Assembly (NCBI RefSeq): GCF_001194135.2
Contig: NC_069002.1
Coordinates: forward strand, 15,079,466 to 15,143,465
From: Octopus bimaculoides
Taxonomy: Eukaryota
DNA: 64,000 nucleotides
Reading direction: 5' to 3'
Made by a program: the position numbers and the translations under genes. The stretch's first letter is position 1; every line of letters begins with the position of its first letter. Positions 1 through 11,569 of the stretch are shown in pieces. A model generated the notes under the pieces. It did not search any database and had not been told where the DNA came from. It saw only the letters and a program-made list of their open reading frames with translations.

Positions 1-224
1 TTATTTTCCCTAAAACTATATATATTTTATATATATATATATATATAAAACCAAGTCTGTGCTTGACTGTTTCTTCCATTCCTTTCATTTACAGTCTTGA
101 TTATTGTGTAATAAGCAACATTTGCATATTTTAAACTGGTGTAATTACATAGTATCTAAAAAAACAGATAAACTAACTATTGCAAAAAGATATGGTAGTA
201 ATAAAGGAAATGCTATTCGTAACA

Positions 225-333
225 GTACTAGCTACGGCAGAACATATTCTAAAATTTGAGCGATACAGAGAAGATTAGCATGTCCCCTGCGTAAGGATGA
301 CATGCAAATTCGTGAAGCATTCCATATCTTTTT
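225..333 (+). pseudogene. U6: Full-length U6 snRNA retrocopy
   Basis: gtactagctacggcagaacata...ACAGAGAAGATTAGC...ttccatatcttttt; about 12 mismatches over ~107 nt to the canonical vertebrate U6 sequence as I recall it; fused to a SINE tail. Confidence 0.92.
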
Positions 334-403
334 GACTTAATCCTTTTGTCTGTCCTTGTTTGTCCCCTCTATGTTTAGCCCCTTGTGGGCAATAAAGAAA
401 TAA
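334..403 (+). mobile_element. 3' 70 nt of tRNA-derived SINE family E, fused to U6
   Basis: Near-identical to 45672-45740 (gacttaat.c.tttgtctgtccttgtttgtcccc...gtgggcaataa). Confidence 0.85.
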
Positions 404-984
404 GTAACAGATGTGGAATCACAACTGCCACATCGTCATTTAGCATCTGCTTTCCATGCCAGCATGGGTTAGGTGGTTTGACTGGAACTGGTAAGCTGTA
501 GGGTTACACCGTGTTCCAATCTGCTCTGGCCTGGTTTCTACAGCTGGATGCCCCTCCTAACACCAACCACACCAAGAGTGTAATGAATGCCTTTTATGTG
601 TCACTGGCATGGTTGCCAGTTACATGACTCCCGCATCAGCCATGACAATGATTTCACTTGACTTCATGGGTCTTCTCAAGCACGGCATATGACCAATGGT
701 CTCTGTCACTTGTCATTGCTTCTGTGAGGTTCAACATTTGAAGATCATGCTTCACCGCCTCATCTCCATGTCTCACAAAAAATAAAATAAAAAAGAAATG
801 TCTTTCCCTGACCTTCTTGTGAGTTTTATTATAAGATTTACTGGTAAACTGAGATACTCCCTTCAAGAACAACATACTCAGGTATACATGAAAGTTTGGA
901 TAAAAAGACTCCAAACATGAGTCGCAAGACTTCAGTAACATGTGGTTGATTTATAATAGCAAACATTTCCCTGGCAAAGAGACA

Positions 985-1160
985 CCTGAGTGCTTTCACA
1001 CACATGATTGACTTTCAGTTTCTGTCTCCCATATTCACTCACAAGGCTTTGATTGACCTGAGGCAGAAGTAAAATCCATTTGCTCAAGTTGCTATTCAGT
1101 GGGACTGAACCTGAGACCACATCATTGGGAAACAAACGTCTCGCTCACACAGCCATGCCT
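985..1160 (-). mobile_element. SINE family A, degenerate 5' half
   Basis: Matches 37795-37957; coordinates approximate. Confidence 0.6.
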
Positions 1161-1607
1161 AGAGGAAGGGATTAAAGTCTTCTCCCTTAAATTAGTAAGT
1201 TGATAACATCCTTTACGATTAGCATAGAACTATAATGGGTGGTCTGATCTGGACAGTCTCAGGTGGTATTTGACTGACAAGTACATATACTGTTGGGTGG
1301 ATACATGTCATACAAGAAGTTAAATGATATTTGCAGATACATCACTTTTAGATAGACTGCTTGTGATGTGACTTCTAGAATCTATGTTTCTGCTGATAAG
1401 TCTTTCAAAATAGTCCAAAGATTATTGGTGGTAAGGATTATGATGGGTTTTTTGGTTGGTACATTATCATAGGACATTTAAGACAAGAAGAAAATAACTG
1501 AATCTACATTACGTGAACATGGTGTTGACCTTTTAGATCTACCATTATTTAGACAGATGCAGTTGGAGAAAAATATTAATTGCAGGAAAAATTTTTATTT
1601 TACTCAC

Positions 1608-1684
1608 CGCCCATCAAATGTGCTGATATGAGGGTCATTTATGGATTTACACAAAACCTTTTTGTCCATGTCAATAACTTTCAC
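1608..1684 (-). CDS. Module 3 exon: VWD start (LCKSINDPHISTFDGR)
   Basis: tttcag|GTG AAA; CG|gtgagt; 77 nt. Confidence 0.9.
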
Positions 1685-1719
1685 CTGAAATGTAACAAGA
1701 AATATACCTCAATAGGTTA

Positions 1720-1773
<54 letters not shown>

Positions 1774-1789
1774 NNNNNNNNNNTGTGTG

Positions 1790-1824
<35 letters not shown>

Positions 1825-4800
1825 GTGTACTTTGTCTTCCTCTCTCTCATAATTTTGAAAATGGGATGTATTTTATTAAAGACACTGGCTTTATCATTAT
1901 TCAATGTGTGTATGCATTTTTTGGGTGTTGCTCAGTAAAAATTGTGTTTGCTTATTTCATTTTAATGTTTCTTTTTGTTTTGCTTTTTTTCCCCATGCTA
2001 ACATGGCTTAGATGGGAGGCAATTGATGTAGGATGTTTTGTGGTCCTCTCCTTACTTTACATTAATCTTGAATGAACATATCTATAATCAAAAATATTCA
2101 ACTATGACTATCCTATAAAGTGAGGTTCAACTTGCAACAGTTTTGATAAATGAATGGTTTGTTAGCCTACTCTGCTAATTTATGCACCTGCCATGAGTAC
2201 TCAGTTGGTCCTTGTTTCAACTGAGTAGACTGAAGCAGGGACACACTACATCATCACCATCATCATCATCATCATCGTTTAACGTCCGCTTTTCATGCTA
2301 GCATGGGTTGGACGATTTGACTGTGGACTGGTGAAACTGGATGGCTACACCAGGCTCCAATCTGATTTGGCAGAGTTTCTACAGCTGGATGCCCTTCCTA
2401 ACGCCAACCACTCTGAGAGTGTAGTGGGTGCTTTTACGTGTCACCCGCACAAAGGCCAGTCAGGCAGTACTGGCAACGGCCACACTCAAAATGGTGTATT
2501 TTATGTGCCACCCGCACAAGAGCCAGTCCAGGGGTACTGGCAACGATCTCGCTCAAAATTCCTACGAAGGCCAGTCAGGCAGTACTGGCAACGGCCATGC
2601 TCAAAATGGTGTATTTTATGTGCCACCCGCACAAGAGCCAGTCCAGGGGCACTGGCAACAATCTCGCTCAAAACTCCTACGAAGGCCAGTCAGGCAGTAC
2701 TGGCAACCTTATGATTGTGAGCTAAATATCCTCACCACTAGACCATGTGCCTTCACATTTGATAAATACTAATCACTTTGTATACACACCATGTCATCAT
2801 TTCAGGCTGTATAAAACAAGTAAGTTATAGGGGACATTACCACCACCACTTACCCACCCAATCTTAAGGAAAGGTGACATTAGACAGAAATCACTTACTT
2901 TCACTCTTCCGGCGTTAAACAACTTCGTGGTGAAGCGATCAAGATGAACTGCAACTGAGATTAAGACACTTTCTTCTTGTGTTTTGTCGATGAGTGAATC
3001 TATAGAAGACTTAACGAATATTTCTTGAACAGTTTGCCAATTCTTTGAATTGAGTGGAATACCACAGACATTTTCCATTATCATTGATTCCTTGCCTGTC
3101 TGCTGAAACACTGATTGTATAATACTCAAACCATTTGGACATTTCTTCATTCGCTTCCCGTCCACAGTAGCTTTCACCTGAACATTACAAGAACCTTCAT
3201 CTCTCTCTGCGTTGGTGCAAAATAAGCTGGGAGGGACGTTGCTTTTGATTTGAATAGCTTTTGCTGGTTTTCCTTCCTCTAAAACCAGTTCTTTCGTTAG
3301 AATCTGCGAAAACAGAAAACATTTTTATATTGGTGTACACAGAAAACAAATCAGAACAACTTAGAAATACAGAATCAAAAACATACGAGGGAGTGCTGAA
3401 AAGTTTCTGGCTTTGGGTAAAAGGAAATACAAGAGGATCAGTTAATTATGATTTTATCCAACATATTCTCCTCTCAGATTCACATGCTTATTGCAGTGCT
3501 CCTGTTTTAAAAAGCCCTGTAAAAGAATATGGAAAGTTGAGCCTCCAGCCAGAGCTTTTATTTGCCCCAAAGAGTTTTAGGAGATGAAACTTCCAATTGT
3601 AAAACTTTCCTCCATAATTTTAAGAATTCTTTGAGATATATACTCTTTTAACTCTTTTACTTGTTTCAGTCATTTGACTGCGGCCATGCTGGAGCACCGC
3701 CTTTAGCCGAGCAAATCAACCCCAGGACTTATTCTTTGTAAGCCTAGTACTTATNNNNNNNNNNNNNNNNNNNNNNNNNNNNNNNNNNNNNNNNNNNNNN
3801 NNNNNNNNNNNNNNNNNNNNNNNNNNNNNNNNNNNNNNNNNNNNNNNNNNNNNNNNNNNNNNNNNNNNNNNNNNNNNNNNNNNNNNNNNNNNNNNNNNNN
3901 NNNNNNNNNNNNNNNNNNNNNNNNNNNNNNNNNNNNNNNNNNNNNNNNNNNNNNNNNNNNNNATATATATATATATACATGTATACGACGGGCTTCTTTC
4001 AGTTTCCATCTACCAAATCCACTCACAAGGCTTTGGTCAGCCCGAGGGTATAGTAGAAAACACTTGCCCAAGGTGCCACGCAGTGGGACTGAACCCGGAA
4101 CCATGTGGTTTGTAAGCAAGCTACTTACCACACAGCCATTCCTATATATTCTTGATATATCTTAATATTGAGAAGATCAGTTATTTTACTAAATACTCCC
4201 AAATTCTTAGTTATCTCCAAAATTTGTTGTAACACATGAATCAAGTTTATCTTTTATCTTTTACTTGTTTCAGTCATCAGACTGTGGTCAGGATGGAGCA
4301 CTACCTTGAACAATTTTTAGTCAAATCAATCAACCTCAGCACTAATTAATTTTTTGAGCCTGATACTTATTCTATCAATCACTTTTGTCAAACTGCAAAG
4401 TTGCAGAGACATATACACTCCAAAACTGGCTGTCAAATGGTGGTGGGGGGGGAACAAACAGACAGACAAACACGTACACACACGGGCTTCTTTCAGTTTC
4501 TATTGAATCCATTCACAAGGTTTTGGTCAGCTCAAGATGGGAGATGCTTACCCAAGGTACCACACTGTGGGACTGAACATGGAACCATGTGATTTGGAAA
4601 TACACTTTGTACTACACAATCATGCCTGTGCCGATATCATATTAGAAATCTTGGGGCTAATGCAGTTTCGCACCTCTCCTTGAAAAATGCATTTTTTTGA
4701 AAAGTCTTTTTTATTTAGATTCCTATGGTTTAGATGTTTGAGATTAGAAATATGCCAAAAAAAATTTACCCCTCCCAACCACCACCATCACCACCCCCAA

Positions 4801-7800
4801 TCTCCCATTTAATGCATTTTTTAAGGAGAGGTGTGAAACTGCATTATCCACAAAATCTTTCCCCCTGGCATGTGATGGAATCTGTTTTGGAATCTGGAAC
4901 AATATAGTCTGAAGTAGACCATTTCTCAAAATAAGAGGGGATGGGCATACGTTAAAAGCAAACACAGGGGTCAATGTAATTGACTATCCCACCCCCGTTT
5001 CAGGCCTTGTGCCTATAGTAGAAAAGATTATTATTATTATTATTACTGTTTTGCAACAGATTGTTACAAAATATCATTACAGCTTCATGTAGTAATGCTT
5101 ATTGTGTTTTATGATGTTTAGAAACTGTTTACCTCAATTGAAACTTTGATGATGTTGCTAACTTTCTTTTTGCCCAGGGTTCCTTGACAATTCTCACGCA
5201 AACATACTGCAACACGGCATTGGATCTGGAGAAAATATATACAACCATACTATTGAATAAGAATCAGATATTTTCAAAGCAAATAATTCTTTTAGCAGGA
5301 TATCAAGATGATAAACATTTTATGAAATAATTCAACACAACTTTAACAAGCAGAGTGAATTTCTATATTTTGCTGATGAGATCATATGTAATAAGACTGA
5401 GACATGTCTGGAATTGTCTCCAATATTTTGCAAAATAGATTATACAGTATATGTACTTGCCATTGACTACTATTGCTCCTTATTTATGCAATAGTAGTTT
5501 CTAATTAGCTGTTTAGTACCCACTACATTAATTATGTGACTCTGTGTCATGCTGAATCTCCCTGAGAACTATGCTAAGGGTGCAAGTGTCTGTGGAATGC
5601 TCAGCCACTTGCACATTAATTTCACGAGCAGGCTGTTCAATTGATCAGATCAACTGGAACCCTTGTCATCATAACTGACAAAGTGCCAGTTTTACATTAA
5701 ACATATCAACACTAACTCATAGGCAAACTAAACATTTTTTGATATAGAATTACTAAATTCATTTGTGGCATATAGCATAATTTTTTTATCTCTCTCTCTC
5801 TTTATCTGGATACTGTATACATATAGAAGAGATTATGGAGGCGCAATGGCCCAGTGGTTAGGGAGCGGACTTGCGGTCATAGGATCACAGTTTCGATTCC
5901 TAGACCGAGCGTTGTGAGTGTTTATTGAGCGAAAACACCTAAAAGCTCTACGAGGCTCTGGCAGGGGATGGTGGCGAACCCTGCTGTACTCTTTCACCAC
6001 AACTTTCTCTCACTCTTTCTTCCTGTTTCTGTTGTGCCTGTAATTCAAAGGGTCAGCCTTATCACACTGTGTCACGTTGAATATCCCCGAGAACTACGTT
6101 AAGGGTACACATGTCTGTGGAGTGCTCAGCTACTTGCACATTAATTTCACGAGCAGGCTGTTCTGTTGATCAGATCAACTGGAACCCTCGACGTCATAAG
6201 TGACGGAGTGCCAAAAGATAGAAGAGATTATTCATTTGAACCAGATGTTTCCTCCATTGTTACTCTGTGTTTTTCTCCTATTATATTCATTCCTGTATAC
6301 CTTCTTATTTCCCCGAATAAACACAAACAATGGAATGAAGTTTGTCCAGTCAAGTAGACTTTCTCTTTTACGCAATGTAACATGACTGGTGTTATTAGCA
6401 GCAGAAATCACTTGGAACACTGCGAGGATTAATAATAAACTAAGCAGGGCTGGATCCCTGCTGTGGGGAGGGGCACGTGCCCCCATTCCACCTTAAGAAA
6501 GGCAGTGTGCCCTTTTAAATAATATTATTATGCTCTTTTCTTCTGAAATTGTATGTATTCCCTTCTGACATTGTGTCTTCCCTTCAAAAAATTCCTGGGA
6601 CCGCGCCTACTAAGTAATGACTATCTGAAGTATTCTGTAGACTTGTTACAATAAAATCTTCAGAAATTCTTGAGAAATCAAAAAATAAGAAACTGTTTCC
6701 AATATTTACCTGACTGTTGTATGAGAAGGTGCCAGGTCTTATAACACTAATACCTGATGCTGCTGATAGATCTTGAAATTTCATTTCGCCATTAATCCAC
6801 CAGGTAACAATGTATTGGACATCATAACCTTGTACAAGAGGGAACTCACAAGTGAAATTAACCTTTTCAGTATCAGAATCATAATGGAGTTTTAATGCTG
6901 GCTCAGTTGTGATTTCAGGCAATCCTGGAGAAGAAAATATAGAAATTGGCCTTCAGACTTTGAAACTGGTGGTAAAGTCATATAGACAAAGAATTTAATA
7001 CCAATGTTAAAAAAGAAAGCCAGTATTTTTTTTTTTTCCTTTTTAAATATAGTTTCAATAACATTTGTGTTGATTGCGGAAAAGACAAACTATTTCAACT
7101 CTTCACCATATTTATATCCAATATCTAATGTGACATGGTAAATGTATTCTTTTATTCTTCTACTTTTTTCAGTCATTTGATTGTAGCTATACTGGAGCAC
7201 TGCCTTAAAGGGGTTTTGAGTCGAAGAAATTGACCCCAGGACTTTACATTGTAAACCTAGCACTTATTCTATCAGGTTCTTTTGCTGAACCACTAAGTTA
7301 CAGGGATATAAACACACCAACATTTAGTTGTCAAGTTGTGATGGAGGGGACATGTACACATAAATATATACATATACAACAGGCTTCTTTCAGTTTCCGT
7401 CTACCAAATCCACATACAAGGCTTTGGTCAGCCCAAGGCTATAGTAGAAGACACTTGCTCGAAGTGCCACACAGTGGGACTGAACCGAGAACCATGTGGT
7501 TGGGAAGCAAGCTTCTTACCACACAACCATACCTGTGTAAGAATTTTTGTTGTTGTTGTTGGAAAGATTTACCTGAGTGTCGAAACTGTGATGAAAGACA
7601 AAATTAAATCTTCAGCTTAATAAAGAGAACAATAACATGTGTACCAGCCTGAAATAAGAGCATGGATGAATGATGGACTTATCCTATTAAATGCTTGAAA
7701 GAGATGAGCCATCATTGCCAAACATCATTGACTGAAAGCAGCAACAAAATAAATAAATAAAGAATATAGATTTATAAATACCTAAAAGGAATCCCAGTTT

Positions 7801-10170
7801 TAGAAGCATTGTCCTTGTTGCAAAATATATTCTCCAGTTTCCAATTTTCATATTGGTATATAGTTTTGAATCCATGGCATCTCTTCCAATTGTCAGTGGA
7901 CAGCTGTTGTAATTAACCATAGCCTTATTCCTTTTCAAAGATAATGACTTGGAAACAATTTTTCCATTCATAAAAACAGTTGCTCCTGCTTCTGCTGACC
8001 ATGAAAGATGGTATTCATTTTCTTGTTTATACATTTCTTGGTCAATATCAACTATTTTAGCTTTATAAACATGGGTTGTTGTGGAGACAGAAAACACCAG
8101 CTCTTCGCTTCCATAGTAAAAACTGAAACCATTATATGTATCTTTGTTTCCACATGTGGTGAAGATATAAGTATTTTCTTTGAAAGTAAGCAGAGACAAC
8201 GTAAATGAATGTGTAATACCATAAGAACATAGGTTAGGGTTAAATAAGCAAAGATTTGTGTAAGGAAGACTCAGGTATTCATTTTTGCCATCAAGTACCA
8301 GCATTAATTCATTTCTTTTTCCTGGAACCAACTGTGGTTGTCCAATAACGGAAATGGTGTTATTTGATGGTAGATATAGTATATTACCTTTAATCTCCAG
8401 AAACTGGAAATTTATAAAAGTAATTTTATCTGCTGCAAAAGAGAAAAAAAAAACAATGAAAACATGCAGAAAACATAATTTAAAATGAAAATATGCAGAA
8501 AATATAATTTAAAAGGAAAATATACAGAAAACATAATTCAAAATGAACAATGAAAATATGCAGAAACACATAATCTAAAATGAACATAATTTAAAATGAA
8601 CAACTAAAACCTAAAATATCTGGGGTCTCCATCCACCATGGCTGGCTAGGTATCTATACCTGCATACACAAGCCTTTGCAAGTTATATTTGTGGAAGCCT
8701 GGCAGTTGCTCAGGCAAGCAATTCTTTTCTCTGCCCATCATTATTGCTATTGTTCAAGGGAAAGGGTACCACCTTCAGGTTGATACAGTTTGGCATTCAT
8801 GTCAGAACAAAGGCCAAGAGCAGACACTACATGGTATCATATCTGATGCTTTAACTGCTGCCACCGTAGTAGTGGTTGTGGTGGTGGTGGTGATACTCCA
8901 GTTCACTGGGCTGTAGAAATGAGTTGTGATGTCACTGTTGCCAAACTGTATTGGTTTTTGCCAAGCTATATCAGTCTGCCATGGAAAGGGGAGACTGGTA
9001 TTCATAGGTGACTGCTGGTCTTCAATAAACAACCTTGCCCAGATATGTGTCTTGGAGGATAACTTTCTAGGTGAAATCCAATGGTCATTCATGACGAAGG
9101 GGGTCTTTATCCTTTACCCTTTGGAGTCATTATAAAAAAACACAAAAAAACTGGATTAATGTCATCACCTTGCCGTTAGGAACTTTTAACAAAGCCCTTC
9201 TCTATTGCAAGCGTTCAGATCAGGAATCTGACCAGACGGTAACTGCATCTATTTCATTATGGCATCATCTTGTTACATTCTCTATTTCATTTACAGTACC
9301 ATTCTATTTTATTTCTCCTCTCATTACAGTATCATTTGGTCTATCAAAGCCTTTAGATGAGCCCACTCTATTGCAACCATTTGACCCATGTGTCCAATTT
9401 CTTCTCCCCTTTTCTCCCAACTCCCAGCTTGGGGGCCATACACAAACGTTCATAGTTGCTACTCAGTCCTCTCGACCCTTTTTCGTCTTTTAGTCAAGAA
9501 CTACAAGGTGAGTGGTAGGGAGAATGGTTTTCTTGCACTGGAGACTTCACATAAATATTATAACAAAGTAAACTATGCTATCGGTTCCTAAGGACCAAAT
9601 GGTGGTGTTAACCCAGGCATTGAAATCAATATACTATTCAGTCAATGTAAGCACAGAGAAAAATGCTGAAAATAATCAGTCATGATTTGGTAATGTGCTA
9701 CCTTTTGACTTTTAATTAATAAAAACTAAAATGGAGACATTACAAGGATGTGAATTGAAACCCAGTGTGGCCGCAGACAACTCAATTGAAACTAATAAAT
9801 GAGTAGTGGTAGAAGGTAAATAAGAAGATAATTATTGCATCTGCATCTCTTTAGCATTTAGATCTCACCTCTCACACATACCCTACTACAATATCATTCC
9901 AAAAAAAGAATATAAAGAAAAAACATTGATATTTACATCGTATTTGAGTCCATTGGGTCTTAGAAAATGTTATATCACAGTATAAAGTAGGACTCTCTGG
10001 GTTAATGACGCCTTGGGGATAGCATTTGTCATTGATTCGACAAACATCTTCCTGATTTTGGAGAGAAAGAAGAAACATTTTGAAATGATGAAGGATTGTG
10101 TAATTAACAAGATCATTTTAAAACTCTATTGCACTATGTATGTGTGTGTACATCTCTCTCTCTCTCTCTT

Positions 10171-10217
<47 letters not shown>

Positions 10218-10363
10218 CAGGTTAATGTTGAACAATGAGAATGAATGCTCAACACTGCATTGGTGGATAATATGTTTTATTTATGTATTAAGGCTACCAT
10301 TGGTTTCATGTTAAGATATTAAGATATTTTTCTTAACATAAAACCAATGGTAGCTTTAATACT

Positions 10364-10412
<49 letters not shown>

Positions 10413-11509
10413 GGTGGTCCAAAGTATATTTTATTCAAAAAGTAGGCTAACAGTTGTATATTTTTTATTCAAAAAGTAGGCTAACTGTGGTATATTTTTA
10501 TTTTTATAGGACAGTGAAGCATGATGGTGGGCAAGCTGACAGACAAGTAAAGAAAGTGAATCCTAAAGAGTTATTGGAAATCTGAAAATGTGAAAACCGT
10601 GCTCCAGAAGTGAACAGGCAATTTACAAAATGATAGACAAATTTAAAGAGACAAGTTCAGTAAAGAATGCCACGAAATCTGGACGTCCTTGAACTATTAC
10701 CACGAAGGAAAACTCAATGCAGGTAGCGTTGACTTTTGTGAATAGCCCTAAGAAGTCTACCAGATGAACATCAGCTGAGTTGGGCATCTCACGAAGGTCC
10801 CTTGGATGTCTCATGTCAAAACTGAACTTCAAACCATACCGACCTAGACTTCTGCAACACTTAACAGAGGATAATCCAAATTGTCATTTGGAGTTCACAG
10901 AAGTCATGCTGAATTAGATTCATAGAAACCTGCAGTTTGTTGACAAGGTTGTTTGGTCAGATGAGGCCTGTTTTAAGTTATCAGGTCATGTCAACTGGCG
11001 TAGCTGTGTTTACTGGTATGACACCCCCACACCCCCAACACACACCTTTGATGCCCACAATGCAGGCTATACCCAACTTTGGTGATGTATTATTCCAACA
11101 GATTGGGGCACAACCTCGTTATGCATTTCATGTGCATAATTTCCTCAGTGAAACATTCCCAGGGAGGTGGATTAGGTGATGTGGAAGCATTGAATGGCTG
11201 CCCCGTTCCCCAGACCTAATGCCCATGGATTTTTTTTTTTTTCTGAGGTATTGTGAAAAAGAGGTATTCTAGAGAAAATCATGCACTCTGCCTCAACTAC
11301 ATAGGTTCATTACAGAGGCCTGACTGGAAATCAAAACTGACCTGGACCTGTGTTGTTGTGAGTATCACAGTGTGGCTGATAGACTCCAAGAATGTGTCAA
11401 TGTACAAGGTGGACATTTTGAGCATTTATGGGACTAACATTGTATAATGTTTTTTGAATAAAAAAAAATATATATATACAACTACTTTTGCACCACCCTG
11501 TATATATAT

Positions 11510-11569
<60 letters not shown>

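Noticed and set aside
100-170. Candidate next VWD exon for module 3 (ttttttag|A TAC TAT...)
   Set aside because: Stop codon after 7 codons in the required phase and no GEFxxYRH motif. The real exon is probably left of the window.
5836-5915. tRNA-like sequences at SINE heads (also 30215-30288, 44130-44201, 45462-45550)
   Set aside because: They continue into SINE bodies and lack a proper acceptor stem; SINE promoters, not tRNA genes.
6232-6486. 84-aa minus-strand ORF resembling a signal peptide plus RKR cleavage site (neuropeptide-like)
   Set aside because: Single short intronic ORF starting in a GC-rich MITE-like fragment; no repeated peptide or amidation motif and no splice support. Chance is sufficient unless RNA or peptide data show otherwise.
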